Part shown: positions 28,241-35,326 of the stretch, piece after piece
How the letters are laid out: each line of letters starts with the position of its first letter
How positions within the stretch are numbered: the first letter of the stretch is position 1
Source: Phycisphaerae bacterium
GTDB lineage: Bacteria > Planctomycetota > Phycisphaerae > UBA1845 > Fen-1342
Length of the DNA: 64,000 nucleotides
NCBI GenBank assembly: GCA_050115495.1
Contig: JASFQK010000007.1
Location: 32,001-96,000 of the forward strand
Direction: 5' to 3'
Notes under the pieces: generated by a model
The model's input: only the letters and a program-made list of their open reading frames with translations
The model's database searches: none
Told to the model about the DNA's origin: nothing
Position numbers and translations under genes: made by a program

Positions 28241-28534
28241 ATTAGCAGAGGCTCGGTAACCGCTCGCCGACGCGGGGTGTTAAAGACGCGCCCTACGGCG
28301 TGAACCTCGGACGGCCGGCGGTATATATGCCCTGGCAGGCAAACGGTCACTCCAGCAGGCACGCTTACAGCAACGGCGTGATGCGGGTTCATGCTCACCT
28401 CAGCCAAGGCAGCCTCGCCCGGGACAGTGTCCGCGCTTATCATAGCGGGCGCTGCCCGGTGCGCGGGGTCGCGAGGGTGAGCTTGACCGTTTGCCCGTGA
28501 CCTTTAGCGCATCGGGTGGCGCCCGTTTCCTTTT
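28241..28534 (+). ncRNA. Candidate structured ncRNA or long structured leader (family not recognised)
   Basis: Follows the consensus promoter. Nested stems GGCAAACGGTCA/TGACCGTTTGCC, GCTCACCTC/GAGGGTGAGC and CAGTGTCCGC/GCGGGCGCTG (G-U pairs on + strand). Weak hairpin plus T-tract at 28513-28534. Confidence 0.55.
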
Positions 28535-28720
28535 GGTGCCATCAGCTTTCGACGTTCCGCCGTCCCCAACGGCGTCGCCACCCCTGCGCGCCAATGCCGG
28601 GCGGGCCGTGCCCGCCAATCGCGAATCCGTCCGAACACCCGCGGCGGCCACGGCCCACCCTACATGGTGCGGAGGCAACGCCGCGGTCGAAGACCGGGGT
28701 CATGGCGTGGAGGAGTGCCC

Positions 28721-29254
28721 ATGCTCGACCGGATCCATACCCGCGCCGGCGACGGCCTGATGCTGACCTTCCCCTACGTCAGTGGCAACGACAACGTCCC
28801 CGCCACACTCGAATTCTGGACGGCCCACGTCGCCCGCGACCTCCTGCAACTCGCCGTCCACTTCCGCGCCCTCGGCATCCTGGGCGAAATCCCCGGCGGA
28901 GCCCGCTATCAAGGCCTCGACTACGGTCGCGGTAAAGACCTCCCCGAAAGCGCCCCCCCGTGCTTCTGGCTGCGCCCCGTCGACCGCCAGACGCGGTTGA
29001 ACGTTCTGGCCGAGTGCCTGCGGCGATTGAACGCACGCGAGGTGTTCACCCGCATTCGTGAAACACACGACTACCGCCCGCAGACGCTGCCGGGCAAGTG
29101 GACCGCCTACCTGGACCGGCACGCCGCGATTAAGGGCGGGTTGCTGACGGTGGTCGCCTGTTGCATCGACATACTGGTCGTCGAGCCGGGGTTGGAGGAA
29201 ATCGAGCTGCGGGCGACGTGGTGGCAACGGTGGTGGGCACACACGAACGAATAG
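28721..29254 (+). CDS. Hypothetical protein (177 aa)
   Basis: GGAGGAG RBS before ATG 28721; gene-like codon use. Confidence 0.7.
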   Translation: MLDRIHTRAGDGLMLTFPYVSGNDNVPATLEFWTAHVARDLLQLAVHFRALGILGEIPGGARYQGLDYGRGKDLPESAPPCFWLRPVDRQTRLNVLAECLRRLNAREVFTRIRETHDYRPQTLPGKWTAYLDRHAAIKGGLLTVVACCIDILVVEPGLEEIELRATWWQRWWAHTNE

Positions 29255-29315
29255 GACGAGCCCACCAAATTCGTCGCCGAACCGGAGAAGCTCATCACAA
29301 CAGAGGACGAACACT

Positions 29316-30035
29316 ATGACCGCACCGACCACACGCCACGACAACGAAAACGCCGCAGAACGGGCCGTGCCCGCCGGCGGCGACACGCCGGAAACGCCCG
29401 GCCCTGCGCCGACCGACACGGACGCCTTCGCCCTGACGGCGTTGCTCCACGATCTCCAACCACACCCCGAACTCGACCTGCCGACGATGGCCTATCATCT
29501 CCATCAATCCGACGCCACCGCCGCCGACGGCTACGGCCACGCGGCCATCAACGAGGCCCGTTCCGCTCTCGAAGCCCTCATCGTCAGCATCGCCCGCACC
29601 ATCTGCCACGGCGTGACAGATAGCACCGGTCTTCGCCTCCGCGAACGTATCCAGGCCGGCAGCACGTTCCGCACACACCGCCGCTGTCTGATGGACGCCG
29701 GCTTCATCGACATCGACGAAAACGAACTGCTGCAATACGTCTACAGCATAGCCAGCGCCCGAGGCAGCCATTACGGCGTAACCGACGACGCCTGGACCCG
29801 CCTGGCCCGGCGAATCGTCTTCATCGTCGGCCAGCACTTCACACAGCGTTACACCATCTGGAAGCAAAACGGCCGCCAGCCGGCGTCGCTTCCCACCAAC
29901 CACCCCCAGCCGGCGTCACGCTCCTGGCCCGCGCGCCTCCTCGCCACCCTCCTGCCCCGCCGACAACCACCCCCAACGCCCCCCATCTCCACCAGGAGAT
30001 CAACCCGCCGCAAACGCGCGAACGCACGCACGTAG
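29316..30035 (+). CDS. Hypothetical helical protein, weakly Abi_C/HEPN-like
   Basis: GAGGA RBS; AAINEARSALEALI and SARGSHYG..TRLARR resemble abortive-infection C-terminal helical domains (by eye only). Confidence 0.6.
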   Translation: MTAPTTRHDNENAAERAVPAGGDTPETPGPAPTDTDAFALTALLHDLQPHPELDLPTMAYHLHQSDATAADGYGHAAINEARSALEALIVSIARTICHGVTDSTGLRLRERIQAGSTFRTHRRCLMDAGFIDIDENELLQYVYSIASARGSHYGVTDDAWTRLARRIVFIVGQHFTQRYTIWKQNGRQPASLPTNHPQPASRSWPARLLATLLPRRQPPPTPPISTRRSTRRKRANART

Positions 30036-30229
30036 GGCGCCGCGCGGCGGTCGACGTCGGCCACGGGGGGCCGACGCTACGGGACGGCTGGCACGGAGAC
30101 CGGCCGCTACGGAAGACGTCCGACACGCCGCAAACGCGCGAATCGACAAACATAGGGCGGCCCGTGCCCGCCAATAGGCAACAGAACCCGCCAGAATCCG
30201 CCAGAACCTAGCATTCCTAGGATTCCCCT

Positions 30230-30258
30230 TTGCTTCTCTCCCGAAGCGCGTCTATCTT
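30230..30258 (+). promoter_or_regulatory. Putative sigma70 promoter
   Basis: TTGCTT-N17-TATCTT. Confidence 0.55.
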
Positions 30259-30262
30259 TCAC

Positions 30263-30413
30263 GTGCTCACGCAGTTCCCGGGCCCGCCTTGACGGACCCT
30301 CGGCCTTCGGAGCCAGGACGTCGATCGAAACGTTGTAGCACGGCTAACCCCGTGTGGTCGGCGACCAAACCCCGAAGACGGATCGTCTCGTGACCCGTGC
30401 GTCGGCGGAGCAC
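30263..30413 (+). ncRNA. Candidate rod-like structured ncRNA (about 150 nt)
   Basis: Begins just after the promoter. End-to-end pairing GTGCTC/GAGCAC, ACGCA/TGCGT, CGGG/CCCG, GACGG/TCGTC, CTTCGG/CCGAAG, with two apical hairpins. Confidence 0.5.
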
Positions 30414-30704
30414 CTTGCCGATCGTCGTCGGCCTGTAGCGGCCGGTCTCCGTGCCGGCCGTCCGTAGCGTCGGCCCCCCGTGGCCGACGTCGACTGCCGG
30501 CGACCGTTCACCTCGGTGAACACGGCAACGGTGCTCAGAGGACGTCGCTCGCATCGGCGAACGCCAGGACGCGGCTGCCTGCACGGAACCGCCCCCTCGC
30601 GGTCACTCAGCGCAGCACCGGAGCGGATCTTTGACAATCGAGTATGCCCCATTCGCCGCGCGGGCGGCCGATCCAGGACGCCCGCGCGCCAGAGCGAAAG
30701 CGGA

Positions 30705-30870
30705 CACAGGGGCAAAGGGGCAGAGGAGCAAAGGAGCAGAGGGAGGGCGATCGGCCCCCGACCGCTCTGCTGCCTCGGCACTCTGAGTGGAGCCGAAGGG
30801 GCTGCCTCCGGCTCAGGGCTCAAGGCTCACGGCTTGTGGCTGACGGCTGACGGCTGATGGCTGATGGCTT
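30705..30870. repeat. Short tandem repeats: 5 x 8-mer (CARAGGRG-like) and 8 x 7-mer (GGCTNAN-like)
   Basis: 30705-30744 and 30810-30870, read directly. Confidence 0.8.
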
Positions 30871-31010
30871 CGCGAAGACGTCCGGTATGGAGCTCGGACG
30901 CTACGGCGTTCGCCGCACTGGTGGACAAGCCACCAGTGGCACCCAGTGTTCGCCGGCGGTGGCACGCGAGTTGCCGAGCGCGCAACGCCTCGTTGCCTCG
31001 TTGCCTCCCC

Positions 31011-31640
31011 CTACTCAGCCCACAACCCGCCCGTCTCGCGCAGCCACGCCACAATGCAGTCGGCGGCGTCGGCGACGTTGTCGTGCGAAATGTCCAGCTC
31101 CAGCGTCGGCAGGAGCGAACTCGCCGCCAGTTGGCGGAGGGCCTCCTGCTCGGCGATGAAAACCGACAGATCGTCGTACTGCGACGGGCGGCCGGAGATC
31201 TTGAGGCGGGCGGCGCGGGCTGTCGGGAAGGAGGCCGGTTCGCGCGTGCAGAGCACCAGGCGGAAGCCCAGGGCCGAGAGCCGCTCTTCCAGCCAGGTGA
31301 AGTCGAACGCCGTATCGTGCACGCGCTGCTGGTAGGCCTGCGTGGACAGGTGGAAGCGATCGACAATCCACGAGTAATACGGCAGCAGCTCGAACAGGTG
31401 CAGCCACGTGCGGTACGTCTCCATCGCCCGCTCGGCCTCATCGGGGGCGAAGTTGATGAGGCCGCGGCCCCACGGCGTGTTCGTAAACCCGCACCACTCG
31501 GCGGACACCAGCGGCGAGTGATAGCGGTAACGGCGTGGCCCGACGAACCCCGGATGCTCGTTCAGGCGGAAGGCGATCTCCGTCTTGAGCGTCAGCCGCG
31601 TGCCTTCGAGGATGATCTTCGGGCAGAGTTTCGACCCCAT
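31011..31640 (-). CDS. Nucleotide-kinase-like (P-loop fold) hypothetical protein
   Basis: KIILEGTRLTLKT (degenerate Walker A) and WIVDRFHLS (dTMP/dNK kinase-like DR motif); GGAGG-like RBS; 7 nt after glgP stop. Confidence 0.7.
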   Translation of the reverse strand: MGSKLCPKIILEGTRLTLKTEIAFRLNEHPGFVGPRRYRYHSPLVSAEWCGFTNTPWGRGLINFAPDEAERAMETYRTWLHLFELLPYYSWIVDRFHLSTQAYQQRVHDTAFDFTWLEERLSALGFRLVLCTREPASFPTARAARLKISGRPSQYDDLSVFIAEQEALRQLAASSLLPTLELDISHDNVADAADCIVAWLRETGGLWAE

Positions 31641-31647
31641 GGCCACC

Positions 31648-33744
31648 TCACCGCCGACTCGGCAGGTAATAATCCCGCACGTACTCGGCGACCATGTGGT
31701 GGGTGTTGAACTGGCCGCAGACGGTGCGCATCGAGCGCAGCATGCGCTGAATCCAGCGGCGGGGCAGGTTCTCACGGTCACGCTCGTAGAAGAGCGGGAC
31801 GATCTCGCGTTCGAGGAGATCGTATAGCGCGTCGGCGTCGGCGCGATCGCGGGCGGTCTTGCTCTTCGCCGGCCCGCCGACGATGGCCCAGCCGTTGGCG
31901 TGGTCGAACGCCTCGGGCCACCAGCCGTCGAGGATCGAGCAGTTGAGGCCGCCGTGCAGGGGCGGTTTCATGCCGCTGGTGCCGGAGGCCTCCTGCGGGC
32001 GGAGCGGGTTGTTGAGCCACACGTCGCAGCCGGCGGTGAGCAGACGGCCGACCTGCATGTCGTAGTTTTCGAGCAGGGCGACGCGGCCGCGCAGGCCGGC
32101 CTTGTGCGCGAGCGTGTAGATCTGCCGGGCGAACGCCTGTCCCGCTGCATCGCGGGGATGAGCCTTGCCGGCAAAGACGATCTGCACGGGGCGGTCGGGG
32201 TCGTTCAGGATCGCGGCGAGCCGCGGCAGGTCGCGGAAGATGAGCGGAGCCCGCTTGTAGGTGGCGAATCGCCGGGCGAAGCCGATGGTCAGGACGTCCT
32301 CGTCGAACATCTCGCACGCGGCGCTGAGCTCGCCGACCGGGCCGAGCCGCCGGGCGATCTGGTCGCGCAGACGCTCGCGGATGAACTGCACCAATCGGGC
32401 TCGCAACTGTCGGCGGACGGACCACAACTCGCCGGCGGGGATACGTGGGGCACGCTGCCACGGATTGTGCCTCGGCCCGGCGCCGAGCCAGCGTGGCTTG
32501 AGGTGCCGCTGATACAGCCCTTCGACCTCCGGGGCGAGCCACGTCTGCGAATGCACGCCGTTGGTGACGTGGCCGATGGGGACGTCTTCGGGGCGTTTGG
32601 CGTCGAACACGTCCATCCACATCCGCCGCGAGACTTCGCCGTGCAGGCGCGAGACGCCGTTGCAACGACCACTCAGCCGGAGAGCGAGCACGGTCATGCA
32701 GAAGGGCTCGGTGCGGTCGGCGGAGTTTTCGCGGCCGAGGCCGAGGAACTCGTTGCGCGGTACGCCGATCTCGCGCATGAGCGGGGCCAGGTAACGTGTG
32801 GTGAGCTTCGGCTCGAAACGGTCGTGGCCGGCGGGGACGGGCGTATGCGTGGTGAAGACGGTCGAGGCACGCACGTTCTCGATGGCGCGGGCGAACGTTC
32901 GGCCGGCCCGCCGCAAACGCCGCAGCCGTTCGAGCGTGCAGAAGGCGGCGTGGCCTTCGTTGAGGTGGAAGACGTTGGGTCGCAGGTGGAGCTGTTCGAG
33001 GGCGCGCGTGCCGCCGACGCCGAGGAGGATCTCCTGACTGAGTCGCGTCTCCTGGTCGCCGCCGTAGAGATGACGGGTGATGGCGCGGTCCGCGGGGCGG
33101 TTCCGGCGGACGTCGCTGTCGAGCAGGTAGAGCGGAACGCGGCCGACGTCGGCGCGCCAGATGCGCGCGGTGACCTTGCGGCCGGCGAGCGGCACGGTGA
33201 CGTGCTGGCGTGTGTCGGTCAGCGGCAGCAGCGAGTAGTCGCACTCCGGGTAGAGCGCAAGCGTGCTGCCGTCACTGGCGAATGACTGCTGGTAGTAGCC
33301 GCAGCGATAGAGCAGGCCGACGGCGACGAGGGGTACGCCGAGATCCGACGTCGACTTGAGATGATCGCCGGCGAGAACGCCGAGTCCGCCGGCGTACTGC
33401 GGCAGGCATTCGTGCAGGGCATATTCGGCGCAGAAGTAGGCGACGCGGAGGCGTTTGTCGGCGTGCTTCGCGGTGCGGGCGAACCACATGCCGGCCCGCA
33501 GGTACGCCCGCAACAACGTCTCGTACTCCTTCAATAGCGCGCGGAATGACTTGTCCGCGGCGCAGGCTTCGAGCCGGGCGGGCGAAAGACGAGCGAGCGT
33601 TTCGAGCGGGTTGTGGTTGGTCGCGTCCCATAGCACGGGGTCGAGCGCGGCAAACAGCCGCTGGGCCGGGCTGTTCCACGTCCACCACAGGTTGCCGGCC
33701 AGTGCTTCCAGACGCAGCCGCAGGTCAGGTGACGGCATACTCAT
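31648..33744 (-). CDS. glgP: Alpha-glucan (glycogen/maltodextrin) phosphorylase
   Basis: GGLGVLAGD, HLNEGH, GFARRFATYKR, EASGTSGMK; ATGA overlap with malQ stop. Confidence 0.95.
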   Translation of the reverse strand: MSMPSPDLRLRLEALAGNLWWTWNSPAQRLFAALDPVLWDATNHNPLETLARLSPARLEACAADKSFRALLKEYETLLRAYLRAGMWFARTAKHADKRLRVAYFCAEYALHECLPQYAGGLGVLAGDHLKSTSDLGVPLVAVGLLYRCGYYQQSFASDGSTLALYPECDYSLLPLTDTRQHVTVPLAGRKVTARIWRADVGRVPLYLLDSDVRRNRPADRAITRHLYGGDQETRLSQEILLGVGGTRALEQLHLRPNVFHLNEGHAAFCTLERLRRLRRAGRTFARAIENVRASTVFTTHTPVPAGHDRFEPKLTTRYLAPLMREIGVPRNEFLGLGRENSADRTEPFCMTVLALRLSGRCNGVSRLHGEVSRRMWMDVFDAKRPEDVPIGHVTNGVHSQTWLAPEVEGLYQRHLKPRWLGAGPRHNPWQRAPRIPAGELWSVRRQLRARLVQFIRERLRDQIARRLGPVGELSAACEMFDEDVLTIGFARRFATYKRAPLIFRDLPRLAAILNDPDRPVQIVFAGKAHPRDAAGQAFARQIYTLAHKAGLRGRVALLENYDMQVGRLLTAGCDVWLNNPLRPQEASGTSGMKPPLHGGLNCSILDGWWPEAFDHANGWAIVGGPAKSKTARDRADADALYDLLEREIVPLFYERDRENLPRRWIQRMLRSMRTVCGQFNTHHMVAEYVRDYYLPSRR

Positions 33745-35303
33745 TTCTCCGAAGCGGCGCCCGCGGTGCGGACGCGGTCGTATGCAACAGCCAATTCGTG
33801 CAGACGATCGGCGATGGCCGGCGTCAGGGCGTTCGGCGGAAGCCGCCAGCGCCAGTTGCCCTCGGCGGTGCCGGGGAAGTTCATGCGAGCCGCACTGCCG
33901 AGGCCGAGCAGGTCCTGTGCCGGGATGACGGCGAGGTTGGCAACGGACATGTACGCCAGGCGGATGATGTCCCAGTGGATCTCGCGGCCGGTTGTGCCGA
34001 GGTAGCGGAGCAGGCGGCGGTATGGCGTCGCTCCGCCGCGGCGGCCGCGCTGACGGGCCTCGGCTCGCAACGTGCGGAACCAGCCGACGGTCGTGTCGTT
34101 GTCGTGCGTGCCGGGATAGACGACGCACTGGCGCAGATAGGCGTCGGGCTCGTTGTAGTGGTCGCCGTCGCCGCCGAAGGCGAAGTGCAACAGCCGCATG
34201 CCGGGGAAGCCGAAGTCGTCGCGCAGGGCGGTGGCCTCTTTCGTCACGACACCGAGATCTTCGGCGATGATCTGCACGGGGCCGAGCGTCTTGCGCAGGG
34301 TTTCGAGCAGTGCTCGGCCGGGCACGCGCGCCCAGCGGCCGTGCTGCGCCGTTCGCGCGCGGCCCGGCACCGCCCACAAGCGATGGAAGCCGAGGAAATG
34401 ATCGACGCGGACGGCGTCGAACTGCTCGAACGTTCGGCGGAAACGGGCGAGCCACCAGGTGAAACCGCTACGGCGATGGCGAGGCCAGTCGTAGTGCGGA
34501 TGGCCCCAGAGCTGGCCGGTGCGGCTGAACATGTCTGGTGGAACGCCGGAGACGACGCGTGGCCGGCCGCCGGGTTCGAGCTGGAAGAGCTTGGGGTGGG
34601 CCCAGACGTCGGCGCTCTGGTGGGCGACGAAGATAGGGATGTCGCCGATCAGACCGACGCCGCGCTGATGGGCATAGCGGTGCAGGGTGGACCACTGCCG
34701 ATCGAAGATGAACTGGCAGAAGCGGTGGAAATCGACGTCGTCGGCCAGAGAGCGGCGGGCCTGGTCGAGGGCCGCGGGTCGGCGGGTGCGCAGAGGCTGG
34801 GGCCAGCGTGGCCAGGGGCGGCCGTGGCACTTGTCCTGCAACGCGGTGAACAGGGCGTAGTCTTCGAGCCAGTCGCGATGCTGTTCGCAGAAAGCGTCGA
34901 AGGCGGCGCGCTGGCGGCGGCTGCGGGCAGCGAACGCGGCGTGCGCCCGGCGAAGTCGATCGAGGCGATAGGGGCGGACTGCTTCGTAGGCGACGTGTTG
35001 GTCGCGCAGGCCGCGAGTCGGCGCCAGGTCGACTTGGCTCAACAGGCCGTCGCGAGCGAGCAGTTCGAGGCTGATGAGCAGTGGGCTGCCGGCCATGGCC
35101 GAGGTCGAACTGTATGGGCCGTCGCCGGGACCGGGGGGCACGACGGGCAGCATCTGCCACCAGCGTTGGCCGGCGGCGGCGAGGAAGTCGACGAAGGCGA
35201 ATGCCGACGGCCCGAGGTCGCCGCTGCCGTGCGGACCGGGGAGGGACGTCGGGTGCAGCAGGACGCCGGCGGCACGCTGGTCGAGGCGGAAGCGTTTCTC
35301 CAT
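33741..35303 (-). CDS. malQ: 4-alpha-glucanotransferase (GH77)
   Basis: GVLLHPTSLP, GDIPIFV, RVDHFLGF, IAEDLG, GTHDNDT. Confidence 0.95.
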   Translation of the reverse strand: MEKRFRLDQRAAGVLLHPTSLPGPHGSGDLGPSAFAFVDFLAAAGQRWWQMLPVVPPGPGDGPYSSTSAMAGSPLLISLELLARDGLLSQVDLAPTRGLRDQHVAYEAVRPYRLDRLRRAHAAFAARSRRQRAAFDAFCEQHRDWLEDYALFTALQDKCHGRPWPRWPQPLRTRRPAALDQARRSLADDVDFHRFCQFIFDRQWSTLHRYAHQRGVGLIGDIPIFVAHQSADVWAHPKLFQLEPGGRPRVVSGVPPDMFSRTGQLWGHPHYDWPRHRRSGFTWWLARFRRTFEQFDAVRVDHFLGFHRLWAVPGRARTAQHGRWARVPGRALLETLRKTLGPVQIIAEDLGVVTKEATALRDDFGFPGMRLLHFAFGGDGDHYNEPDAYLRQCVVYPGTHDNDTTVGWFRTLRAEARQRGRRGGATPYRRLLRYLGTTGREIHWDIIRLAYMSVANLAVIPAQDLLGLGSAARMNFPGTAEGNWRWRLPPNALTPAIADRLHELAVAYDRVRTAGAASEK

Positions 35304-35326
35304 GGCCGACGAACTCCGCGGCGGGG

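Larger units (their letters stand above)
30050..30494. repeat. About 60-bp inverted pair of GTAG-type REP doublets
   Basis: 30050-30110 versus reverse complement of 30435-30494: one indel, one mismatch. Confidence 0.85.

Noticed and set aside
28300..28500. 66-aa ORF over the first candidate ncRNA
   Set aside because: No RBS, atypical codon use, and the extensive base pairing fits an RNA better. Not fully excluded.
30181..30210. ACAGAACCCG resembles the RNase P RNA 3' motif
   Set aside because: It is part of a 10-bp triple repeat (CAGAAYCCGC), and the GAGGAAAGTCC 5' motif is missing.
30705..30870. Short repeats as a CRISPR array
   Set aside because: Units are 7-8 bp with no spacers, and no cas genes are present.
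33745..34455. Long N-terminal extension of the glgP ORF
   Set aside because: It overlaps malQ in another frame; the ATGA-coupled start at 33744 is more plausible. Similar over-extensions were trimmed for other genes.
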